From a virus (lineage: Duplodnaviria > Caudoviricetes), in IMG/VR virus record IMGVR_UViG_3300011337_000444, positions 6,383-70,382 of that record: DNA of 64,000 nt; one strand, given 5' to 3'. Of this stretch, positions 51,129-59,068 are shown piece by piece (within the stretch, counting starts at the first letter, position 1; the number at the start of each line of letters is the position of its first letter). Under the pieces are notes generated by a model. That model did not search any database. It was not told the origin of the DNA and worked only from the letters and a program-made list of their open reading frames with translations. A program made the position numbers and the translations under genes.

Positions 51129-51190
51129 AACTAATACCACCTATGCGCAAGCTTTGTTCTTTAGTCGTGCATATAGCTTTATCGTTATCA
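51129..51190 (-). mobile_element. attC-like hairpin site
   Basis: TGATAAC at the stop codon, CTATATGCA/TGCGCATAG stem, ATTAGTT (degenerate GTTRRRY-like core). Confidence 0.45.
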
Positions 51191-51412
51191 AAAAAGAGGT
51201 TCACGCTCTATTCCATTACGACTAAATACCTCTGCTAGTTTTTCTACATGAACACCCTCAAAGCGCACTGGACTCATTAACACCTCTTGCTTTTTGTCCA
51301 TACAGTCATTTAAGATTAATGCACAATTTATCATTATCTTCTTATGCGCCTCTATTACACTTATCTTACCAGATTCTAATGCTAATAGTATTTCCCAGGT
51401 TTCTCTTTTCAT
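51188..51412 (-). CDS. Hypothetical protein (cassette-like)
   Basis: ATG at 51412 (MKRETWEILL) is preferred over the track start at 51493. Confidence 0.6.
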   Translation of the reverse strand: MKRETWEILLALESGKISVIEAHKKIMINCALILNDCMDKKQEVLMSPVRFEGVHVEKLAEVFSRNGIEREPLF

Positions 51413-51537
51413 AAATTGTGTATTAAAAATAGGGGCTGTTGTTCCACCAATCAAGGGTGTTAATAATTTGAGTTGTACACCTCGCCTCAACAACGTTAAC
51501 CAAATTCCCCTATTTTGTTTTTTAAATTGTGTAGCGT

Positions 51538-52158
51538 TTAAATTAAATTGTTATTTTTCTTTGCCTCTAATATACCTAATCTTATAGCTTGATTATTATC
51601 TCTTAAAACATTACATAACAAATAAATGTTATCATGTATCTTATCTCTCAATTTTAACTGCTCTTCATTTGCTGTTTGCCAATTACTAACATTACAAGCT
51701 TGTTGAATTAATAAAGCTGTTTTTGATACTCCTCTATGAAAAACACTTTTATTTGTGCAATTTTCATATAACGCACCACACATTTTTTTATAGCTATCCG
51801 CTGAATCATTCCTTGATTTTATTAAATGATCAAACATCCAACCGTAAACCTCAATCTTTAACTTAGGATCAATAGCTAAAGCTAAATCAATAAAAATAAA
51901 AGGATGTACCCACGTAGAACCGTTTTTACCTCTTGTACTGTGAATAACATCACCATACTGATTTTTCATTTCGTTAATAAATTCCTTATTGTGTTGAGAA
52001 TCCATCCACGATCGAAAATTAAAAAGAGCCATATTGTTCATTATCCTAAACTTATTACCTGCTGCAACCAAATCGTTTGCGTTTAAAAATTCATTTTGGC
52101 TATCTTGCCTGATTGGCATACCAAATAACTCTCGTTCCATTAATACTTTTGTTTTCAT
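51538..52158 (-). CDS. KilA-N domain protein
   Basis: IRQDSQNEFLNANDL...RGKNGSTWVHPFIFIDLALAIDP. Confidence 0.85.
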   Translation of the reverse strand: MKTKVLMERELFGMPIRQDSQNEFLNANDLVAAGNKFRIMNNMALFNFRSWMDSQHNKEFINEMKNQYGDVIHSTRGKNGSTWVHPFIFIDLALAIDPKLKIEVYGWMFDHLIKSRNDSADSYKKMCGALYENCTNKSVFHRGVSKTALLIQQACNVSNWQTANEEQLKLRDKIHDNIYLLCNVLRDNNQAIRLGILEAKKNNNLI

Positions 52159-52159
52159 G

Positions 52160-52768
52160 TTAAATAATTTTTTTTAATATATTACCAATATAAACCCCAA
52201 GATTTTTTTTGTCATCTAAAACACTTATTATTTCATATCCTTTTTGTTTAATAATATTATATCTTTTTTCTTCTTCTTCTTTATCATAACCAATATGATT
52301 GTTTTCATTAAACTCAATAACTAAAGAATTGTTAATGATGCAATCAACAAGATAATCATCAATATTATATTGACGCTTTATATCGGTAATCCCAATTTGA
52401 TTTAATATATCTGTAAGCAAACTAAAGAATGTTAATTCTTTAGTGGTTGTTGCGGATTGGGTATTTTCGCTTACTAATTTTAATTCAATTAATTCTTTTA
52501 TGTATTTAGCTTTTTCTCTAGGAGTAAATCTTAATGAATGATTAATCCATTCAACCAATCCATCAGCGTTTATGTAACTACAAGAATATCTACCCTTATT
52601 AGTTTTTCTATAAATATTAGATTCTGAAATTTTTAATAATTCTTTTGTACAAGGTATTTTAAGAAGATAACAATAAATAACTTCTCTATACTTAAAAAAA
52701 GTACATCCATTAATTTCATAAAGATTTACAGGGAAATCATTAAGTTTTATTCTGTTTTTATTATCCAT
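52160..52768 (-). CDS. Protein with a C-terminal DUF559/Vsr-like PD-(D/E)XK domain
   Basis: KRQYNIDDYLVDC...LVIEFNENNH...EEEKRYNII...GYEII. Confidence 0.6.
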   Translation of the reverse strand: MDNKNRIKLNDFPVNLYEINGCTFFKYREVIYCYLLKIPCTKELLKISESNIYRKTNKGRYSCSYINADGLVEWINHSLRFTPREKAKYIKELIELKLVSENTQSATTTKELTFFSLLTDILNQIGITDIKRQYNIDDYLVDCIINNSLVIEFNENNHIGYDKEEEEKRYNIIKQKGYEIISVLDDKKNLGVYIGNILKKII

Positions 52769-53014
52769 ACATTTTAGTTTATAAATGCAATGATAATAAA
52801 TATTTTTAAATACTGCAAACTTTTACAAAAATAAAGTAAGATATTAAAACTAATCATCTCACTTTTTTAATTACAAAATATTTTTGTAAAAATTTTTAGT
52901 ATTTTAGTGAATTTATCTTTTTAACAATTTTGTTACTAAGTATTACTTTGAACCAAATTATTTTTCAAATAGTAAAAAATACTTTTCTTATGTCAAAGGG
53001 GAAAAGTTTTAAGC

Positions 53015-53695
53015 TTACACAATTCGCTTACCATAAACGTGCTCCATATAAACCATGTACTCAATAGTACCATTGATACTTATCTTCTTTACACAATTAG
53101 GCTTTGTAATTATAACCTCTCCTACCTGCAAATCCTCATTAGGCTTTATTGCCTTTACTCGGTAATACTTATCGCTCTTCTTCTTTGTATCCAATAACAA
53201 TATTCGCTCACTCTTCAAATACTCCTCCTCAATAGGCTCCACCAATAACCACCTGTCTATCGCCTCCAAACGGTCGTTGCACAATTTGAGATAGAAATTC
53301 GTAACACTAAACAAATTATAATCCACCTTATAAGGTAACATATAGTAATATTCGCCTCCTATCTCAACTCGGTTATCAGGATCACACATACTGTGATGTA
53401 CATAACAAATATCCCCAGCTACTATATCAACACTAATAGGTGTCCTGCCCTCACTTACCCTCCGAGGTACTTGCACAATTTCACACTTGAAACATATATT
53501 CCTAATCTCATCAGGTATATAATCAGCTGTCATAACACTATACAACATATCCTTCATCAACTTTACCTCCTTACCATCCCCATCCTTTATCACCCATCCA
53601 TCACTCTCATCATTTATCGCCCTCACCAATACCATATCCCTCGGTACAACTATACCGCTCACATCCGTTATTCCCTGTAATACACTTAAATCCAT
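53015..53695 (-). CDS. Tandem GroES/Cpn10-like co-chaperonin
   Basis: Two halves each match Cpn10: RDMVLVRAI...DIVAGDICYV..VEIGGEYY and DRWLLVEPIEEE...LQVGEVII...ISINGTIEY. Confidence 0.65.
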   Translation of the reverse strand: MDLSVLQGITDVSGIVVPRDMVLVRAINDESDGWVIKDGDGKEVKLMKDMLYSVMTADYIPDEIRNICFKCEIVQVPRRVSEGRTPISVDIVAGDICYVHHSMCDPDNRVEIGGEYYYMLPYKVDYNLFSVTNFYLKLCNDRLEAIDRWLLVEPIEEEYLKSERILLLDTKKKSDKYYRVKAIKPNEDLQVGEVIITKPNCVKKISINGTIEYMVYMEHVYGKRIV

Positions 53696-53726
53696 ATTCG
53701 CCCTTTTATTTAGTTTAACATACCCA

Positions 53727-53758
53727 CAAAGCTAATCATTATATCTCTCAATCACAAA
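53727..53758 (-). promoter_or_regulatory. Leftward sigma70 promoter (-33 TTTG, 20-nt spacer, -7 TAGCTTTG)
   Basis: Full Bacteroidota consensus, 32 nt upstream of 53695. Confidence 0.7.
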
Positions 53759-53763
53759 AAAAA

Positions 53764-53920
53764 CTTGTATCCATACGGTGGAACAATGAGACTAACCTAC
53801 TGTAAATCAATTATATAAAAAATTGTGCCTCCTCACTTTTTTTACACCATTATCGCCCCTACCTCTACATCCCAGTAAATACGTTATCACACACCAAAAA
53901 TCTTGTATCCATACGGTGGA
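53764..53920. repeat. Two perfect 19-bp direct repeats CTTGTATCCATACGGTGGA
   Basis: Copies at 53764..53782 and 53902..53920, each containing TCCA-N5-TGGA dyad symmetry. Confidence 0.85.
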
Positions 53921-53987
53921 GAAAGTTGACTTTACCATTGATTATCAAATACTTACAAAATCACACCTAAATTTATTTTCAACTTTA

Positions 53988-54019
53988 TTTGCACATATTA
54001 TCCCCCATACATACCTTTG
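53988..54019 (+). promoter_or_regulatory. Rightward sigma70 promoter (-33 TTTG, 20-nt spacer, -7 TACCTTTG)
   Basis: Full consensus; no ORF until 54599. Confidence 0.6.
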
Positions 54020-54121
54020 TAATCGATAATTCACTAATTTATTAACCAAAACAATAAAGTTCTTTAACTTATTTATTTGCACACACAACAACGATTTATA
54101 TCGCTATACCTCCATATAAAT

Positions 54122-54320
54122 CCCACTACACCACAGCAAATACACCCCATCCCTAAACCGGGTACCCCCTATTTATAAATTGGATTTATTTTATCGGGGA
54201 GCTGAAAAGCCCAGTGTTTACAAGGAAAATGTACTGTGGATGTATAGGGTGGGGGTTATGTGGTGGGGTGGGGTGGGTTGATCCGCGCATGGGAAACGCA
54301 AATCGCTGACTGGGTAGGGG
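54122..54320. other. Mirror C-rich/G-rich tracts with G-quadruplex potential; candidate origin or genome-end/packaging region
   Basis: C-runs 54122..54169, GGGTACCC palindrome 54160..54167, G-runs 54247..54277 and 54291..54320, at the strand switch. Confidence 0.5.
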
Positions 54321-54446
54321 TTAAATTAATTTCCGAACTGTTTTAAGCTACTGATTTATAACGGTTTAGATTTGCGCCAACTACTTTTTTTGTAGGCTTT
54401 TTTTTACCTGCATCGAACCGTGGTGGTAAATTATTCCACCTTTTTT

Positions 54447-54492
54447 ACGCGCGCGAATATATAACCACGCGCATATACGCGCATACGCGCAC
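54447..54492. repeat. Four ACGCGC repeats
   Basis: Starts at 54447, 54467, 54477 and 54485. Confidence 0.75.
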
Positions 54493-54598
54493 GATTATTA
54501 ATCGAGTGATATATAACCATTGGCGAAATATCAAACGTTTGGCACGTGCGAAATAAATAGGCTTAATCCCTTTATTGTCTATCTATCTTTATTAACTT

Positions 54599-54952
54599 AT
54601 GGGCTTTGATAAAGATTTAACGGGAAAATTCGCAATTAAATATAGTAAATCGCATTGCATCCAATTACATAAACACTTAACAGAAAAGCGCATAAGTAAA
54701 TCGCATCTTTGTTTTATTCTCGATGTATCAGCAACAGAAACAGCAACACGATTAATAAACACTCCGTATAAACTTACTTTACAGCAATTAATTAATTTAT
54801 CTTTTGCCCTTAATCTTTCTTTAGCTGATTTAGTATTGGTTATTACGGAAGATTTTAAAAATTGTGCATCAACCTTTGATCCTGATTTAATTAATTTTGT
54901 TCCGCCTCATTTACGAGAACTAACTAAATCTAATGAATGGTTTGATCGTTAA
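54599..54952 (+). CDS. XRE/Cro-like HTH regulator
   Basis: ISKSHLCFILDVSATETATRLINTPYKLTLQQLINLSFALNLSLADLV. Confidence 0.65.
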   Translation: MGFDKDLTGKFAIKYSKSHCIQLHKHLTEKRISKSHLCFILDVSATETATRLINTPYKLTLQQLINLSFALNLSLADLVLVITEDFKNCASTFDPDLINFVPPHLRELTKSNEWFDR

Positions 54953-55133
54953 GCTAATTGTGCAACGTCCTTTTTTTGCCAGTATTACGCCTTTTTTAAA
55001 ATTGATCCTTTTTTTTTGCGCTTAATATTTGCGCTTTTTTCTTTGTAATCCTTTTTTTTATAAATTAATATAAAAATTTTCTCATTGATTTTCAAGTAGT
55101 TACAAAAAACTTTAAATTTTTCTTTGATTTTAT

Positions 55134-55165
55134 TTTGATATATCCAAAGTATATACATATCTTTG
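55134..55165 (+). promoter_or_regulatory. Early sigma70 promoter (-33 TTTG, 20-nt spacer, -7 TATCTTTG)
   Basis: Full consensus, 50 nt upstream of 55215. Confidence 0.75.
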
Positions 55166-55214
55166 TTTCATCAAGTTAAACAAACAATAATTTAACCTTT
55201 AAAATTTAAAAATC

Positions 55215-55652
55215 ATGAAAAATCAAACAAAAGTAATCAGTAACATTAATGCAAATAAAAACCTTTTAAAAAGCATTAATCAATCATTTTACGGTAATGA
55301 TTTAAACGAAAAAATACAAATGTTTATTGACAATGCAAATAGGTACATTAAAGCAATTGAGGAAAAGCGCGTCTTTTGTATCATTTATAAAGTATCTGCA
55401 AGCGGAATGAGTAGAAATTTAGCCTTTTTTGAACATAGTTTTAACGCTAAGTATAAACAAGGCAATATATATAATTTTCATTGCTTGTTTAAATCTTTTG
55501 GATATACAGAAGCTAGAGAAGGTTTTAGGATTAACGGTTGCGGAATGAATATGGTATTCCATACTAATTATAGTATTATACATCAATTGAATAGTTTGGG
55601 CTTTAATATGAATTGTCCAGTCTTAGCACAAAGCACGCCTTCAACTTTTTAA
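55215..55652 (+). CDS. Conserved phage early protein of unknown function
   Basis: KVSASGMSR...INGCGMNMVF pattern. Confidence 0.7.
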   Translation: MKNQTKVISNINANKNLLKSINQSFYGNDLNEKIQMFIDNANRYIKAIEEKRVFCIIYKVSASGMSRNLAFFEHSFNAKYKQGNIYNFHCLFKSFGYTEAREGFRINGCGMNMVFHTNYSIIHQLNSLGFNMNCPVLAQSTPSTF

Positions 55653-55765
55653 ATTCGTCTAAGCGAATTAAAAAAGGCTTTTAAGCTTAGAGCGTTTACA
55701 TGGGTATTAAAAGCCCATGTAAGGTAGCAAATAACAAATTGTATAATCTTTAAAATTTAAAAACT

Positions 55766-56047
55766 ATGTTGATCTTAAAAATTGAATTACAAAACACTAT
55801 ACATACCATTGAAAAAATAAATGGTGCCTACTTAGTAGAGAGTAAATTTACTGACGATGCGAGTAGTGGAGAGGTATTCGAGTATAACTCACTACTGGAG
55901 GCGCAAAATCATGTAAACAACGAAATTAAGGAATACACTCGATTAATGGATAATTTGCATAATACTTTGCTTTTAGCCTTAAACTACTCTCAAAGGTTAG
56001 GTTTAGATATTAGTGCAGATATTAATGGGCTACTGGATAACTTTTAA
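55766..56047 (+). CDS. Hypothetical early protein
   Basis: AT-rich leader TTTAAAATTTAAAAACTATG. Confidence 0.7.
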   Translation: MLILKIELQNTIHTIEKINGAYLVESKFTDDASSGEVFEYNSLLEAQNHVNNEIKEYTRLMDNLHNTLLLALNYSQRLGLDISADINGLLDNF

Positions 56048-56080
56048 AAAAATTGTGTAACAACCTTAAATTTTAAAAAT

Positions 56081-56275
56081 ATGGAAACTATTAAAGCAAC
56101 TCCCAATTATTCAAAAAAAACCTTTACAATTCGCAAATTTGAGGGTAAAAAATTAGTAAGTAAATTCAAAACTTTTGCGCTAGATAGCGAAAATTTTAGT
56201 ACTGGATTATACATGACTACAAATGACTGGCAATTTTTCTTAAAGCATAACCAAAATTATAAATTAATAAAATAA
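56081..56275 (+). CDS. Hypothetical early protein
   Basis: 64 aa, same leader type. Confidence 0.65.
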   Translation: METIKATPNYSKKTFTIRKFEGKKLVSKFKTFALDSENFSTGLYMTTNDWQFFLKHNQNYKLIK

Positions 56276-56280
56276 AAAAA

Positions 56281-56442
56281 ATGCAAGAAATAAAAACAAC
56301 TTTAGCAGGTTTAAAAAAGCAAAATTTAAAAACCTTTATTGTATTGAAAAACAAAACTCAATATATTTTAAAGGCGCAAAATTTAATACAAGCCGAGCGC
56401 CTGGCTTTTATTTATGGCGCGGAAATAATTAAACAACTTTAA
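56281..56442 (+). CDS. Small early protein (not in the ORF track)
   Basis: MQEIKTTLAG...GAEIIKQL, 53 aa, fills the gap between genes. Confidence 0.55.
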   Translation: MQEIKTTLAGLKKQNLKTFIVLKNKTQYILKAQNLIQAERLAFIYGAEIIKQL

Positions 56443-56453
56443 AATTTAATATC

Positions 56454-56699
56454 ATGAAAAATTACAAATTAAATTTAACTGACTGTCAACAAATAATTGA
56501 TAAATATGTTGAATATGGCGGGTATATTGAGCAAATTAATGAGGGATGTTTAGGATTAGGATTTTTAATCTTACATGGCGCGCCGGGAAAAAAAAGTATA
56601 ATAATTCAGGAATATTTTATAAATAGTTGGCAAAGTGGGCACAACGTTAAAATGTACAACAAATTACCTAAAAAATACCAAAAATTAATTAACAACTAA
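56454..56699 (+). CDS. Hypothetical early protein
   Basis: 81 aa; IQEYFINSWQSGH. Confidence 0.7.
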   Translation: MKNYKLNLTDCQQIIDKYVEYGGYIEQINEGCLGLGFLILHGAPGKKSIIIQEYFINSWQSGHNVKMYNKLPKKYQKLINN

Positions 56700-56759
56700 A
56701 TTTAAAGCCCCTCTGGGGGCTTAATTAAACAAGTATAAACAACTTTAAACTTTATAGCC

Positions 56760-58070
56760 ATGAACACAAACAACAAACATTTAATAAAAGCAGCGCAAAA
56801 AAGCAAAGTTTTAAACTTTAATGGTAAGTATGCTTTATACGTTAAAAATGAGGTTCAATTTTTAACGCCCTCTAATACTGGTAAATTTGTAAACGGTAAC
56901 TTTGTTAATGATCCTAGTATTGAGTTGACAGATTTTGAGGTGCCTATTCCTAATTGTGCACCCATCTTAGAGGGGCAAAAATTGGAGGAACTAAAGCCAT
57001 GGATTAAAAAAGCTTTTAATTTTGTTGGCAAAGATGATTTGCGACCTGTTATGAGTGGCGTTTTAATCGATAAAAATTGTATCGTTGCAACTGATGCCCA
57101 TATTTTATATAAAAAACAATTTGAACACGAAATTTCAAACGAAAATATAATATTAAACGCGCTTACTTGCCAATTAATAGATGATGTAAAGGCTATTTAC
57201 AAACTTGATGAATCTAAAAACAAATTTATTGCTTTGCTTAATTGCGGAACTATTATAACATATTGCAATATTCAAGAAAAATATCCTAATTACAATGCAG
57301 TAATACCAACGGAATTTGATGGTAGTTTTACTATAAATTGTGTATCCACCGAATTTAAAGATGCTTTGAAATTAAATAATAGAGTAATGCCTACTTTAGC
57401 CTTTAATACCGAAATAAATAAAGCGTATTGGCAAAATGTAGATAATGGATTAAGCGGAGAGTTTGACATTAAAGATGGTAAAAATAAAAGTTCAAATGAA
57501 TTAATTATGCTTATGTGCATAATGGTAAAAGAATTTAAGAATTGTAACATAGGTTTTAATCAAAAATTTATAGATAAAATAAGCAAAGTTACAAAGCAAA
57601 ATGATTTAGTTTTAAACTACAAACCAAACAAACCAACAGTAATTTATATTTCTGAAACAACAAACAAACCAACTAAAACCAAAAAAGTTATGCAAGAAAA
57701 ACCAAAACAAAGCGTAGATACTGATATTTTATCCGCTTTAATGCAACAAATTAACGCCTTATCTCTGCAAGTAGCCGAGCTAAAAAATCAACAAATTAGC
57801 ACCCCGAAAAATGAAATTGAACCTATTAAAAAGAGTGCAAAAATTGAGGAACAAAAGCCGATTGAAACGGTTAAACCAATTATCCACGTACAACAGTATT
57901 CCGATAAAAGTTTAATCGTTTATGGCGATACAAAACAAATAAAGGATCAACTAATGCAATTACACGCTCGTTTTAATCCTTACCTAAAACTTAATGATGT
58001 TAAAACGCCTGGCTGGATTGTATCGGTAAAACATGAAGGGGCTATTAATCAAATTGTGCAAGCATTATAA
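56760..58070 (+). CDS. Protein with a DNA polymerase III beta-clamp-like region and a C-terminal YSDKSLIVYGDTK domain
   Basis: KDDLRPVMSGVLID...IVATDAHIL...EKYPNYNAVIP matches the beta-clamp domain II-III signature. Confidence 0.7.
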   Translation: MNTNNKHLIKAAQKSKVLNFNGKYALYVKNEVQFLTPSNTGKFVNGNFVNDPSIELTDFEVPIPNCAPILEGQKLEELKPWIKKAFNFVGKDDLRPVMSGVLIDKNCIVATDAHILYKKQFEHEISNENIILNALTCQLIDDVKAIYKLDESKNKFIALLNCGTIITYCNIQEKYPNYNAVIPTEFDGSFTINCVSTEFKDALKLNNRVMPTLAFNTEINKAYWQNVDNGLSGEFDIKDGKNKSSNELIMLMCIMVKEFKNCNIGFNQKFIDKISKVTKQNDLVLNYKPNKPTVIYISETTNKPTKTKKVMQEKPKQSVDTDILSALMQQINALSLQVAELKNQQISTPKNEIEPIKKSAKIEEQKPIETVKPIIHVQQYSDKSLIVYGDTKQIKDQLMQLHARFNPYLKLNDVKTPGWIVSVKHEGAINQIVQAL

Positions 58071-58128
58071 ATTTACAGCCCCTCCGGGGGCTAAACTAAA
58101 CAAGTATAAACATTTAAAATAAATAACC

Positions 58129-58278
58129 ATGAAAGCAATTGAAATTTTACAAAACATTAAAGAGAATGGCGGATTTGACAATTTTAGAAATTGGACACGC
58201 AAAGAAAAAAAACAATGGGTAAAGGCAAATTTCCCTTGTTCCGATTATGTAGCAGATAAAGTAAGCTATTCAATTTAA
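58129..58278 (+). CDS. Small early protein (not in the ORF track)
   Basis: MKAIEILQNIKENGG...KVSYSI, 49 aa, between two hairpin repeats. Confidence 0.6.
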   Translation: MKAIEILQNIKENGGFDNFRNWTRKEKKQWVKANFPCSDYVADKVSYSI

Positions 58279-58329
58279 CTTTACAGCCCCTCTGGGGGCT
58301 TAATTAAACAACTTTAAAACTTAGAAACC

Positions 58330-58866
58330 ATGCAAAAAGTAAACAAATTTAGAAAAACAGTTGCTCTACAAGTAATTGAAGAAAAAAGGCGAATTAATAG
58401 AGTAATGCTTGAAATTATAGGAGCCGTTAAAACCGTAGAATACAAAAACTTTACGCCTCCAGTTGGTGAACAAATTAAAGCTAAAAATTCAATATTCGTT
58501 TACTTAGCAGATAGCTACAAATATAATAGTAGCTACGGTATTACTCACAATGTAACTCCCATTGATGGAAATGAGCGACCGATTAAAAAGTGTATTGAAT
58601 TGGATTATTACAATTATGTTACTGTATTAAACAATTTTAAAATTAATCTAGGTAGCATTGAACAATACCACAAAAAAAATCTGTATGATATTTTTATCCC
58701 TAAATTTAATTCAGGTGCTAATAAGGAACTCTATACCAAATTGTGCATTGATATTTTTAACGATGCTGCAAAGGAATTACAAGCTTATAGAGTTGAAAAA
58801 CAAAAGCTGGTTGATGATGCGTTTATGTTCCACTTTGGTTTTTATGTTAATAGGGCTTTTTATTAA
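58330..58866 (+). CDS. Hypothetical early protein
   Basis: 178 aa, repeat-derived leader. Confidence 0.7.
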   Translation: MQKVNKFRKTVALQVIEEKRRINRVMLEIIGAVKTVEYKNFTPPVGEQIKAKNSIFVYLADSYKYNSSYGITHNVTPIDGNERPIKKCIELDYYNYVTVLNNFKINLGSIEQYHKKNLYDIFIPKFNSGANKELYTKLCIDIFNDAAKELQAYRVEKQKLVDDAFMFHFGFYVNRAFY

Positions 58867-58896
58867 GGAAATTGTGTAACTTTAATAAAAAAAACT

Positions 58897-59067
58897 ATGG
58901 CAAACTTTGACGAAAAACTACAAATCGCTTCCGTACTTGCAGCAGAGGATTATTTACTTACAACTATTGAGGAAATGGAAAACGTAAAAACAATTGGCGC
59001 AAAGCGTAATTACATTTACGAAATTACCCTATACGAATTAATAAAAAACTTTGTAAACTTAAACTAA
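58897..59067 (+). CDS. Small early protein (not in the ORF track)
   Basis: MANFDEKLQIAS...KNFVNLN, 56 aa. Confidence 0.55.
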   Translation: MANFDEKLQIASVLAAEDYLLTTIEEMENVKTIGAKRNYIYEITLYELIKNFVNLN

Positions 59068-59068
59068 A

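Larger units (their letters stand above)
56706..58300 (+). repeat. Three intergenic GC hairpins AGCCCCTC(T/C)GGGGGCT with a shared downstream leader
   Basis: Copies at 56706..56721, 58077..58092 and 58285..58300. Confidence 0.85.

Noticed and set aside
56706-58300. CRISPR array made of palindromic repeats
   Set aside because: Only three copies, spaced about 1370 and 210 bp apart, with protein-coding genes between them; no cas genes
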